This document shows positions 18,485 through 28,128 of a stretch of DNA of 64,000 nt, one piece after another. The notes under the pieces were generated by a model. It did no database searches, had not been told where the DNA came from, and worked only from the letters and a program-made list of their open reading frames with translations. A program made the position numbers and the translations under genes. Each line of letters starts with the position of its first letter. Positions within the stretch are counted from its first letter, which is position 1. Source of the stretch: an uncultured bacterium (GTDB lineage: Bacteria; Patescibacteriota; Minisyncoccia; UBA6257; 2-01-FULL-56-20); assembly GCA_963844965.1 (NCBI GenBank), contig CAWJQC010000009.1, positions 62,037 through 126,036 of the forward strand, written 5' to 3'.

Positions 18485-19653
18485 ATGGCAGAGACCAAGA
18501 AGTCAAGAACGGTCAAGAAGAGGGTTGCGACAAGATCAAAGCGAAAGTCCCGAGTTTCCTCTGCGGCGAAGAGAACAAAAAAAACGGCTGGACGCCGACG
18601 TGTTTTGCCGCGCAAACATATTGAACATATCCTGGAGAGATTCCCCGGCAATCCGATCATTCAGCCAAACGCCGAGAACCAGTGGGAAAGCAAAGCGACC
18701 TTCAACCCGGCGGCTCTCCACGACAAAGGAAAAATCCACATCGTCTACAGAGCGATAGGCGACAATGACGTGTCCGTCCTGGGCTACGCCACAAGCACCG
18801 ACGGCACGAACATAGAAGAAAGATTGCCTCATCCAATTTACGCCAAAAAAGTGAGCGCCGCGGACAATTCGGAGCGGTGTCTTCGGGATTTACAATCGCC
18901 GATCTTTTACATTTCGGGGGGCGGCTGGAACGGCGGCTGCGAAGATCCGCGCCTCACGCGCATAGGTGACACCGTCTATATGCTCTACACGGCTTTTGAC
19001 GGCTGGGGGTCGCTCCGAATAGCGCTGACCTCAATAAAGACGAATGACTTCCGCAACAGAATTTGGAAATGGAAAGAACCGGTCCTGATTTCCCCGCCCG
19101 GAGAAATACACAAGAACTGGGTGATTTTCCCGGAGAAAATAAACGGCAAGTTCGCCATCCTGCACAGCATATCGCCGAAAATCATGATTGACTATTTTGA
19201 CGGTTTGGACGACTTAGATAACGGGATTTTCATTCGCAGCCGTTACGGCGGGGAAATGCGAAAAAATAAATGGGACAGCCACCCGCGAGGAGCCGGTCCC
19301 CGCCGATAAAAACGGGATATGGCTGGCTTCTCCTCTATCACGCGATAGACCATAAAGACCCCGGCAAATACAAGCTTGGGGCTATGATTTTAGACCTCAA
19401 AGATCCGACAAAAATCCTTTATCGCTCGAAAAAACCGGTTTTGGAACCGGATGAATATTATGAAAACGAAGGGTTCAAAGCCGGCGTGATATATTCCTGC
19501 GGCGCAGTCGTCGTCAACGGCCGGCTTATCGTTTACTACGGCGGAGCCGACTCGGTAAGCTGCGTGGCCACCGCCAAACTTGACGAATTCCTGAAAGGGC
19601 TCATTTCCGACAAAGAACCGAAACTTACGCGCCTGCAGCGATTAAAAAGCTAA
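18485..19653 (+). CDS. GH130-family glycoside phosphorylase-like protein (single domain) with K/R-rich N-terminal 50 aa; frameshift near 19270-19310
   Basis: PGNPIIQPNAENQWESKATFNPAA...CEDPRLTRIGDTVYMLYTAFDG in ORF 18485..19309 continues as PPIKTGYGWLLLYHAID...YYGGADSV in ORF 19270..19653. Confidence 0.7.
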
Positions 19654-19688
19654 GACCCCGCTTAATTTGTGCCTTCTCTAATTCCAAG

Positions 19689-21613
19689 ATGTTCGTCTTC
19701 AAACGTTCGGAGGAAAATCCGATATTAATACCGCAAACCGAAAATTTATGGGAAGCTGAGGCAACCTTCAACGGTTGCCCTGTTCCCGACGGGAAAAAAA
19801 CTCATCTCCTCTACCGGGCGGTTTCCTCGGGGCAAATAGTGGACGGAAAAGAAATCAAAATATCTTCCATCGGCTGCGCCCTGTCCGATGACGGCGTGCA
19901 TTTCAAAAACCGCAGGCAGTTTATCAAGCCGGAATACGAATGGGAACGCTTCGGCTGCGAAATCTGCGCGTGACCAAGCTCGGCGACAAATATTATATTT
20001 TCTACACAGCACTTTCCCAGTATCCCTTCAGGGCGGATGGGATAAAGATAGGCGTAGCGATAACGAAGGACTTCAAGAAAATAGACGCGAAGTACCCGGT
20101 GACAACTTTCAATTCAAAAGCGATGGCGCTTTTCCCCGAAAAAATCGGCGGGAAGATCACGGCGGTGCTCACAGTGAACACCGATAAGCCACCGGCCAGA
20201 ATTTGCCTTGCGCAATTCGACAGAGAAGAACAAATCTGGTCCAGCGAATACTGGGAAGAATGGTATGGTAAGCTTGATTACCATGTATTGCCGCTCGCGC
20301 GGAAGTCAACCGACCACACCGAAGTCGGCGCGCCGCCCATTAAAACCAAATATGGATGGCTTCTGATTCTACCATATATTTCCAACTATTTCTTGCCGCC
20401 GCCCATATTCGGCATAGAGGCGGCGCTTCTGGACCTGAAAAATCCGAGAAACATAATTGCCGCAACGACCAGCGCGCTGCTCTACTCGCGCGAAGAATAC
20501 GAGAAATTCGGGAACGTGCCCAATGTCATCTTTCCGTCGGGAGCTCTTGTCAGTCACGGCAATCTCAACTTATATTATGGCGCGGCGGACACAACTTGCG
20601 CTTTAGCCACCGGAAAATTAAACGAGCTGCTGGAAGACCTGCGCTCGAAGCGGCCGCGCGCGGCGCGGCTCAAACGCTTTGCCGGCAACCCGATAATCAA
20701 ACCGAAACCGGAAAGCGCGTGGCAGTCAAAAGCAACTTTCAATCCCGGAGCCATATACGCCGGTGACAAAATACACCTTCTCTACAGAGCCATGGACAAA
20801 GACAACACTTCAACCTTCGGATACGCGGCAAGTTCGGATGGTTACACGATGGATTACCGGCTGCCGCAACCGGTTTACACGCCGCAAGCCGATTTTGAAA
20901 AAAAACTGGTTCCCGGAGCGAATTCCGGCTGCGAAGACCCGCGACTCACGCTCATCGATAAAACGATCTATGTGTGTTACACCGCTTTTGACGGCAAAAA
21001 TCCATGGCGTATAGCTCTGACCTCCATATCGTTGGACGATTTCCTGAGCAGGCGCTGGAACTGGAAACGCCCGGTTCTCATTTCTCCGCCGGGAATTGAC
21101 GACAAAGACGCCGTTCTATTTCCCAAAAAAATTGGCGGCAAATATGTGTTTCTGCACCGCCTTGGCGCGGACATCTGGATAGATTTTGTTGACTCACTGG
21201 AATTTGACGGCAAGAGATGGCTGCAGGGGAAAATAATATTGACGCCGCAATCCGGACCACAGGCCTCAAAAAAAATAGGCACCGGCGGGCCGCCCATAGA
21301 AACAAAGTATGGCTGGCTTCTCATATACCACGGCATATCCAGAGATGAGGACAATCATTACCACCTCCGCGCCGCTCTTTTAGATAAAAAGGATCCTGCC
21401 AAGATTATCGCGAGGACCCACGAACCCATTCTGGAAACCACGGAATATTATGAAAAAGGCGGTAATGTGAACAACGTTGTCTTCACCTGCGGTTCCGTCG
21501 TCGTCAACAACACTCTTTTTGTCTATTACGGCGGCGCGGATACGGTCGTCGGCGTCGCCACGGCGAATTTTGATGATTTTATGAAAAAATTATCCCGCGA
21601 GAAATATGCTTAG
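19689..21613 (+). CDS. tandem double GH130-domain protein; single-nucleotide frameshift near 19945
   Basis: ORF 19689..19973 ends ...EWERFGCEICA*. The next frame continues LRVTKLGDKYYIFYTA. Restoring one nt gives the GH130 motif FGCEDLRVT. Two complete GH130 modules follow, each with GGPPI(K/E)TKYGWLLI and YYGGADT. Confidence 0.7.
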
Positions 21614-21666
21614 GGCCGGTTCCCCCAACCTACCTTGTTTCAAAATCAGTGAAGTTCTTAACTTCG

Positions 21667-21900
21667 TCACCGAACTCTTTTTCTAATCTTTCCACGTTGG
21701 CAAGCGCCGGTCCTTTGCGGCACCATCCCAAAAATTTCTCCAGTATCTTTTTCCTCGCCTTCGGCTTCAATATAAACCGAGCCGTCGGCCTCGTTGCGCA
21801 CAAATCCTTTTACGCCAAGTTTGTCGGCCGTAAGTTTCGCCTCAAAACGGAAGTTGACACCCTGCACATCGCCATAGATTTTGATTATCAGATTTTTCAT
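21667..21900 (-). CDS. acylphosphatase
   Basis: The start is the internal MKNLIIKIYGDVQGVNFRFEAKLTADKLGVKGFVRNEADGSVYIEAEGEE, which is the acylphosphatase signature. The ATG overlaps the stop of the upstream nuclease gene. The C-terminal tail looks odd and may be frameshifted. Confidence 0.55.
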   Translation of the reverse strand: MKNLIIKIYGDVQGVNFRFEAKLTADKLGVKGFVRNEADGSVYIEAEGEEKDTGEIFGMVPQRTGACQRGKIRKRVR

Positions 21901-22481
21901 TTCAAAGTTGATGTCGCCGGTGCTCCGAAAAACGGACAGGAGCCCCACAATCCCTTTTTGGCTTCGCGCGCTTCCTTCTCCGCAGTCACGAACTCTGCCG
22001 CATATTTTACATCCGGCGGAAAAGTTAACGCCGCCGCGTATCCTTCTTTGACCAATTCCAAATTAACGAAAGTGTCGTCTTGAAGGTAAACGTATCGCAG
22101 AAGCCGGCCATATTCGTCGCGTTCGCTCACATCTTTTACCAAGCGAACCGACCTTCCTTCCACCAATTCCTTGTTTCGCCGCGACGCCTCGGCTCCAAAA
22201 CATTCAACTGGCTTCCGAGGGTCAACGGTTTCCGGCGCGTCCATGCCGATGTAACGAACACGCTCGCCGCCCGCGAGTTCAATTGTGTCGCCGTCAATCA
22301 CGCGGGTAACCAAAGATAATGTTTGTTGACCGACTGCCGGCTCGGCAATTGAAACCGTGCTGCTCGCGCCCGATACAAAAACAGCGGATTGCGGCGCGCT
22401 CTTTGGCGATAAGAACCTTCCGGCAAAGAACCCGGCGATCGCCACGCCCGCGAACAACAGAAAAAATGGAACGCGCTTCAT
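21897..22481 (-). CDS. secreted thermonuclease (SNase / micrococcal nuclease family)
   Basis: It has a signal/TM N-terminus. VIDGDTIEL.GGERVRYIGMDAPE...FG.EA...LVEGRSVRL...RDEYGRLLRYVY are SNase motifs. Confidence 0.8.
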   Translation of the reverse strand: MKRVPFFLLFAGVAIAGFFAGRFLSPKSAPQSAVFVSGASSTVSIAEPAVGQQTLSLVTRVIDGDTIELAGGERVRYIGMDAPETVDPRKPVECFGAEASRRNKELVEGRSVRLVKDVSERDEYGRLLRYVYLQDDTFVNLELVKEGYAAALTFPPDVKYAAEFVTAEKEAREAKKGLWGSCPFFGAPATSTLK

Positions 22482-22749
22482 CTACCAGATTGTAAGCGAT
22501 TCAAACCACATTTCAAGTTTCCGCCAACCTTTTTACAAAGAAGGGTCTCGTGGCGAACAGAGAGCTATTGTGGGATTGAATGGGCCGGCGCGAGGGACGG
22601 AGAATATTTTTCTCGTAACTTCTGCCCAGATTTTACGTTTTCTCTGTTATAGAAATATTGCAAGCGACCATGGAGGTAAAAATTAAAAGTCGAGCCTCCT
22701 AAAGTCGTTGAGATAAACCGCCGAAAGGCAAAAATATCTCATCGGTTGT

Positions 22750-22914
22750 ATGTCTACACAATTATTTGGTCCGGAATTTGCCGCCGCCTTTATGAAGGCT
22801 ACTTGGGATGGTGTGCGGCTTGGTTTCGGTCTCGTTTGGCAAATCTTCGCTGCCGCCTGGCCGCTATGGCTAATCCTTATCGTCGTCACTGCCGTTGCTT
22901 ATCGTCTTAGGTAA
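22750..22914 (+). CDS. small hypothetical membrane protein (54 aa)
   Basis: Manual translation gives MSTQLFGPEFAAAFMKATWDGVRLGFGLVWQIFAAAWPLWLILIVVTAVAYRLR. A terminator follows at 23009. Confidence 0.3.
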   Translation: MSTQLFGPEFAAAFMKATWDGVRLGFGLVWQIFAAAWPLWLILIVVTAVAYRLR

Positions 22915-23008
22915 TTATTGAGCTTGGCACTATGCGAACTTGTCGAAAAAAGGTCGGGGAAAAATCTTGTTCGTGATAGACGATAATGAAATCTCTTGAG
23001 CGAAATTA

Positions 23009-23051
23009 GCCGCCAACGAAAATAAAAAACTGTTGGCGGCTTTTCGTTTTT
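23009..23051 (+). terminator. rho-independent terminator (also lies 3' of the minus-strand defense operon)
   Basis: GCCGCCAAC gaaaataaaaaactg TTGGCGGC TTTTCGTTTTT. Confidence 0.5.
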
Positions 23052-23071
23052 ATAAGGCGGGGAGGCGCGCT

Positions 23072-23461
23072 TTATTCTTTGGGAAAAGATTCCTTCACGA
23101 TAATGTCGTTCTTCTCGTATGGCCCAGAACTGGGCGGCTCAATTTCATTGCAGAGCTTAGTCTTGCCATGATTATTATACAAACCAAACTCTATATCCAA
23201 TCTATTGTTCTCATCTGAAACCTTGGCGTATCTATAATATGGCGACCTGCCACTTTTAAAAACCTTGTCTTTTATGCACTTATTGTTTTTATAATGATCT
23301 GATAATCTGTCCTTTATTAAGTCCTGACCGACATAAACAGGGAATCTCTTGTCTGTTTCTAGATTGCGGTAGCCAATCAAATAAACTCCATCAAAATTTA
23401 GATTGGCAAAATTGTCATCATTAAATTTTTTTGGACCAGACCAAGTAACGGTGAACTCCAT
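23072..23461 (-). CDS. hypothetical protein with GIY-YIG-like motif, last gene of the lexA-hsd operon
   Basis: DGVYLIGYRNLETDKRFPVYVGQDLIKDRLSDH fits GIY-(10-11)-YIG followed by R and H. It is separated from hsdS by 1 nt. Confidence 0.4.
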   Translation of the reverse strand: MEFTVTWSGPKKFNDDNFANLNFDGVYLIGYRNLETDKRFPVYVGQDLIKDRLSDHYKNNKCIKDKVFKSGRSPYYRYAKVSDENNRLDIEFGLYNNHGKTKLCNEIEPPSSGPYEKNDIIVKESFPKE

Positions 23462-23462
23462 C

Positions 23463-24833
23463 TTATTTTTTACTCTCTATCATTTCTTCGACCTTTAGCT
23501 TGGCTTCTTCTAATAATTCTTTTGCTTTTTTGCGGGCGGCGTGAGATTCGCGAATAAGTTCGGCGATTTTTTGCTGGGTTGGTTTGGGCAAAATTGGAAT
23601 TACAATATTCTCAACATCTTGATCGGTAATAGTTGGATAAGATGTGCCCGTTGTTGGTTTTTCCATTTGCAACTTACCGATGACGGACCGCAAAACAACC
23701 TGTAGATATTCGCGCGTCGGAGACGGGACTTCAAAAACCGAGAAGGCGCCACTCGCAACAAAGTTTTTGCTCCAGCTATCGGGCACGATTGCGATGGCAC
23801 CACGAGTGGGTCGAACTTTTGAAATCAACAGCTCGCCCCCGACAATTTTAATCTTGGCATTTGCGGGCAACTCTTTACCCAAGATCAAGTTACTAGAAAT
23901 TGCTCCGTTTCCAACGTTAACGTCGCTAATCTCGATATATTCGTATTGGACATCGGGCGCAAGCCCTGCCCGCCTTGCTGTTCGCTTAGCAATTTTGCCA
24001 AGAGGTTTTACATTTTCCCCCAAGAGTTTTATTAACTTTTGATACTTCGGCTGGAAAAATTCGGCGTCAATGCGATTCGCTTTTTTTGCTTCGGACAAAT
24101 TAACCACGCTCCATAATTCATTTTCCGATTCAAAATTCTTAAGCCCCAATTCTTCCAAAAGTAAATTTTCTGCTTGAGAGTATAGGGCATTTGCTTGATC
24201 CAAAGTGTTCTTGGCCCCAATCACCACATTGTTGATATCTTTGACGAATGCTTCTGATGGAATCGGATAAATCAAATCATAAACATCCTGGACATTTAAT
24301 TTGGGTTGAGCGTTCCCGCTAATTCTCCTCATAATCTGAGCAAAACCAAACCTAGAATTTAGAAAGGTTAACAGAAATATTTTTTGCTCCGGCATCACTT
24401 TCGAGTTTTTGAACTTGATACCGATGTTATTCTCACTTATATTACAAACTTCAAATTCTTCTGGCACGGCAGATACAATACCAATCGTGTTGCCAACTTT
24501 AGACATTATCAAGTCGAAGGGAGAAAGCTGAGATTGCTTTAGTCGGTCATTGTCCTTTTTTGAAATATATATGAGCTCGGTTTTATCAAGAAAAAAGTTT
24601 TGCAAATCAGAAATTCTCAAAAAAGGAATACCACTACTTACATAGGCACTACTTTTTAACGAGGAGCCGAAAGGGCCACTAACAACAACAGCGCTTTCTT
24701 TTAAGGTTTGTGTTCCGCCAGAAAATGATTTTATTTCGTTTATTAATTTCAAATACTCCGGCTGATAATATTCCGCATCCAGCCGGTACGCACCCTCCAG
24801 TTGAGATTTTTGGATGATAGAATAACTAACCAT
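23463..24833 (-). CDS. hsdS: type I restriction-modification specificity subunit HsdS (two target-recognition domains)
   Basis: 456 aa. The conserved RLDAEYYQPEY and IDAEFFQPKYQ repeats flank two variable TRDs. Confidence 0.85.
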   Translation of the reverse strand: MVSYSIIQKSQLEGAYRLDAEYYQPEYLKLINEIKSFSGGTQTLKESAVVVSGPFGSSLKSSAYVSSGIPFLRISDLQNFFLDKTELIYISKKDNDRLKQSQLSPFDLIMSKVGNTIGIVSAVPEEFEVCNISENNIGIKFKNSKVMPEQKIFLLTFLNSRFGFAQIMRRISGNAQPKLNVQDVYDLIYPIPSEAFVKDINNVVIGAKNTLDQANALYSQAENLLLEELGLKNFESENELWSVVNLSEAKKANRIDAEFFQPKYQKLIKLLGENVKPLGKIAKRTARRAGLAPDVQYEYIEISDVNVGNGAISSNLILGKELPANAKIKIVGGELLISKVRPTRGAIAIVPDSWSKNFVASGAFSVFEVPSPTREYLQVVLRSVIGKLQMEKPTTGTSYPTITDQDVENIVIPILPKPTQQKIAELIRESHAARKKAKELLEEAKLKVEEMIESKK

Positions 24834-25487
24834 TTATTTTCTATTCTCTTTTTTGAATTTAACCAGCTTGGCCATTATTGAATCATTTAAAACTATAGCT
24901 TTTTCAATAAATCTTTCGCAAAGCCTTATCTCTTTTCGCATTGTTTCCAGCCACGTCTTTTTGGTTAAAGATTTTTTTGATATTGGCCTAAAACTCCTGT
25001 CATAACCAGAAACAGCGGTGTCATAATAAATACGGTGAGTTAACATCTTTCGCTTTACTAATATCTCATGCATAACTTTGTCTTCGTTGAATTTCTCTAG
25101 ATCTTTTTTAACCGAAGATTTTCTGACCATAGAATCTTCAGTAAGTTTATTGAATAAAGAAGCTTTTTCTGAAAATTGCAGATCAAGAGAGGCGTTTATA
25201 AGTTGGCAAATTTTTTCCCTATACGAAAACGCTCTCAACCAAAAATTTTCCAGGTGGTAGCCCAGGGATTCAAAATCAGTTTCCTGATGAATCGGTGATA
25301 GCCAGCCCTTGCCTGTCATAATTATTTTCGCAGTCCTTTCACAAAGCAGGTACGTCCTGGCTGCCCTACTATAAACGTCAATCAAATCGGATATTTCTTG
25401 ACGGACCTCATTGTGATAGGCTTTCGCTTTCTTGGGAAACAATCGCCTATCAAAATCAAAAAATGGTTGCCCTTTTGTTTTTTTCAT
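24834..25487 (-). CDS. hypothetical protein inserted between hsdM and hsdS; HEPN-like Rx4H motif (candidate Abi-type effector)
   Basis: 217 aa. KRKMLTHRIYYD contains R-x4-H. Its position between hsdM and hsdS is typical of embedded defense genes such as PrrC or Abi. No protein-level match is recognised. Confidence 0.4.
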   Translation of the reverse strand: MKKTKGQPFFDFDRRLFPKKAKAYHNEVRQEISDLIDVYSRAARTYLLCERTAKIIMTGKGWLSPIHQETDFESLGYHLENFWLRAFSYREKICQLINASLDLQFSEKASLFNKLTEDSMVRKSSVKKDLEKFNEDKVMHEILVKRKMLTHRIYYDTAVSGYDRSFRPISKKSLTKKTWLETMRKEIRLCERFIEKAIVLNDSIMAKLVKFKKENRK

Positions 25488-25498
25488 TATTTTTTATC

Positions 25499-26806
25499 TC
25501 AAAAATCGAATTTTTGTTCCTTGGTAAATTTCACGAATGCCTCGGCGATTTCGTCCAAGTCGTGGTCAAGCACCTTACGGCCTTTAGAGCCGTGCACATA
25601 ACTACCGTTCGCGTCTTTTTTATAAATATAGTCACCAGAATTATCTTTGCTACCTTTTTTAGAGACCGCCATGAAAATTGGATAATCCTTTTGCGGTTTG
25701 CCAGTGTCGCCGCCCCATTTTTGTAAAAAGAGCACGCTTGTTTTTGTGCCGGTATGCGGCTTGAACGTGTTACCGTGAAGCCCGACGACGGCAAGAATAC
25801 GCGCTTTTTCAAAAAGCCACTCACGGATATATTCCATGTTGGTGTTGTTAAGCACGCCTTGCGGCAGAACGATTGCCAAGCGGCCGCCGGGACGGAGCAT
25901 GTCCAATGCGCGTTCAATAAATAAAATGTGTCGCTCAACGTTATTGCGAAGCTTACCTCCTTCTTTTTTTGCCAGTTCGTACTGGCGCAGAAGTCCCTGC
26001 TCCGGATTTTCTCCGGCGAAGGGCGGATTCGTGAGCAATATATCAAAATTCAAATGCCGATAGGTCAGATGATTTTCCTTGTCGCTTTCGCTATTATCCA
26101 AGGTTTGCAACAGAGGTTTAAGCGCCACGCGTGCTTCTTCCGCCTCCGGACCAGTCCACTCCCGCGAATCCAACGAATCACGTTTGAAAATATGGTGCTT
26201 GCCATCGCCAGCGATAAGCATTAATGCCTGCGATATCCGGCGCATGTTGTCGTCAAAGTCAATGCCAAAAAGATATTTTGCGGCGTAGGATTTTTTCGCC
26301 GCTTCGGTTTTTGAAAAATTGTCCCAGACATGATACATCGCGTGAAGGAGGAATCCGCCAGAGCCGCATGCCGGATCTACCACGTATTCGTTTTCTTTCG
26401 GGCTGAGCATCTTTACGCACATTTTAATGACATGCCGCGGCGTGAAATACTGCCCCTTTTTTCCCTTAGAAACTTCGGTGATGAGATGCTCAAACGCTCC
26501 ATCCACAATCTCGTATTCGCCCTGCCCAAGCTCAAATAAGCGAATATTTTCCACGAACGGCACGCAGATGTTAAGGCGTGCGGCGGTAAGCTTGATTTTA
26601 TCCGATGGTTCGAATGTGTCGGGCCACTCCTTGACCGCTTCCTTAAAAAGCCCGTTTACAACCTCGTAGGTTTTTTCGGCGTCTTTATATCTTCTAAACA
26701 ACACCTCCCTACTTTCCCTTTCTCGGATAGCCATTTGCTCATCGTAGAGCTTGGCGTAAATAAGCTTGAAGATTCTCTTCAAAAACATTACCGCCGGAGC
26801 CGGCAA
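25499..26806 (-). CDS. hsdM: type I restriction-modification N6-adenine DNA methyltransferase HsdM
   Basis: The protein is 435 aa. It has the AdoMet motif VVDPACGSGGFL and the catalytic motif LLTNPPFAG. Confidence 0.9.
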   Translation of the reverse strand: MPAPAVMFLKRIFKLIYAKLYDEQMAIRERESREVLFRRYKDAEKTYEVVNGLFKEAVKEWPDTFEPSDKIKLTAARLNICVPFVENIRLFELGQGEYEIVDGAFEHLITEVSKGKKGQYFTPRHVIKMCVKMLSPKENEYVVDPACGSGGFLLHAMYHVWDNFSKTEAAKKSYAAKYLFGIDFDDNMRRISQALMLIAGDGKHHIFKRDSLDSREWTGPEAEEARVALKPLLQTLDNSESDKENHLTYRHLNFDILLTNPPFAGENPEQGLLRQYELAKKEGGKLRNNVERHILFIERALDMLRPGGRLAIVLPQGVLNNTNMEYIREWLFEKARILAVVGLHGNTFKPHTGTKTSVLFLQKWGGDTGKPQKDYPIFMAVSKKGSKDNSGDYIYKKDANGSYVHGSKGRKVLDHDLDEIAEAFVKFTKEQKFDF

Positions 26807-27452
26807 GCGCTAATTCTTCTATACGCTTGACGACTTTTATGAAGTCAAACTTCGGGGTCAAATCGCTCCACGTTTTCTTAATTTCAAACAAATCGTCCAC
26901 TGTTTGATCGGCCGTTGGAATCTCGCTCAATGATTCATATTCTTTCGGATAGGGACGATATAAAATTACTTTATCCGTGCCGTTAGACCAGATGCCGATC
27001 TCCGACCCCTCCGCGCTCAAATACGCTTTTAATTGTTCCTGCCCTTTCTTTTCGCTGGGCGCCTTAACTTCGACAATAATGTACGGTGTGATTTTATCTT
27101 TCTTGTAAACAACGATGTCCGCGGCCTTTGCGTGAATTTCTCGTCCAAAGTGGATGCTTTTTTCTGTTTCCATTCGCTCAAACGGATATTTGTAGTTGGT
27201 GTGAAGTTTATATAACCAGAGTTGGCGGACGATTTCCTCCGGCCTGCCTGCGTTTTTCTTGGCATCAAAAACTAAACGTTTTTTACCGCTTTTCAGGTCG
27301 GCGATGAAAAAACGGCTTGGTTCGTCTTCGGTAATTTCGAGCGCCGCGTTAAATTCTACGCCCTCAAACTCTTTGAGACCGTAGAGCAGCTCGGTATCCT
27401 TAAAAATCTTTCCAATTATTTCCTCTGCTTTGTTTTGTTTTTTGGTGGGCAT
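26739..27452 (-). CDS. stand-alone HsdR N-terminal-like PD-(D/E)xK nuclease domain protein (HSDR_N family)
   Basis: 237 aa. KAADIVVYKKDKITPYIIVEVKAPS...QLKAYLSAEGSEIGIWSNGTDKV matches the HSDR_N pattern D..v...iivEvK...Q...Y...G..tNG. It overlaps the hsdM start. No helicase-type HsdR is present in the window. Confidence 0.6.
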   Translation of the reverse strand: MPTKKQNKAEEIIGKIFKDTELLYGLKEFEGVEFNAALEITEDEPSRFFIADLKSGKKRLVFDAKKNAGRPEEIVRQLWLYKLHTNYKYPFERMETEKSIHFGREIHAKAADIVVYKKDKITPYIIVEVKAPSEKKGQEQLKAYLSAEGSEIGIWSNGTDKVILYRPYPKEYESLSEIPTADQTVDDLFEIKKTWSDLTPKFDFIKVVKRIEELALAGSGGNVFEENLQAYLRQALR

Positions 27453-27453
27453 A

Positions 27454-28095
27454 TTATCTTATCGGTTGCCAATAGTTATTTTTAAGCACCGAGATAATTT
27501 TTCCTTTGAGTTCCATCTCGTGGGTAAAAGGAATCAGCTCGTACTTTGGGTTTTCGGGCTTAAGGTACACGTATGGCGGTTTGTCGTCGGACATGAATCG
27601 CTTTATCGTGCCCTCGTCGCCGATTTGGGCATAGACTATTTCACCGGATACGAATTCTTTTTTTGTTTGAACTAGCACGGCGTCGCCGTCGTCAATACCC
27701 GCGTTTATCATCGAATCGCCGGAGACTTTGAGCATAAACACCTCTTCCGCCAATCTGGAAATCTCTTGAGAAACTGGCTGCCATTCACCGGAAATTTCTA
27801 TCGACTGAATCGGAGCCCCGGCGCTTGTTATGCCAAGAAAGGCCGCGAGGGGCGGTCTACCGAGCATCTCATACCCCAAAGGCAATATGGCTAATCCTCT
27901 AGCAGCTCCTTCTTTTCTTTGTATTATTTTATTTTTCTCAAGCTTATTGAGAAGATCTAAAACTGATTGATTTGAGGAAACGCCTAGACTTTCTCGCATT
28001 TCATCAAAAGTCGGTGGATGGCCATCGCTCTTAATATATGAGTAAATAACCTCTAAAAGCTGCTTTTGTCTTGGTGTTGTTATATTTTTCATCAC
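27454..28095 (-). CDS. lexA: LexA repressor (S24 peptidase)
   Basis: N-terminal winged HTH. An AG site lies in the linker (TSAGAP). The C-terminus has GDSMINAGIDDGDAVLV...GTIKRF, which is the Ser-Lys dyad. Its stop is 1 nt from the next gene's ATG. Confidence 0.85.
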   Translation of the reverse strand: MMKNITTPRQKQLLEVIYSYIKSDGHPPTFDEMRESLGVSSNQSVLDLLNKLEKNKIIQRKEGAARGLAILPLGYEMLGRPPLAAFLGITSAGAPIQSIEISGEWQPVSQEISRLAEEVFMLKVSGDSMINAGIDDGDAVLVQTKKEFVSGEIVYAQIGDEGTIKRFMSDDKPPYVYLKPENPKYELIPFTHEMELKGKIISVLKNNYWQPIR

Positions 28096-28099
28096 TTAC

Positions 28100-28128
28100 A
28101 TTATACCCGACTATATATTCAGTTACAA
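28100..28128 (-). promoter_or_regulatory. candidate lexA promoter (TTGTAA-17-TATAAT) with near-palindromic AACTGAATATATAGTCG between the hexamers
   Basis: rc reads attgTAACtgaatatatagtcgggTATAATgtaagtgATG. The -10 ends only about 7 nt before the ATG. Confidence 0.35.
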
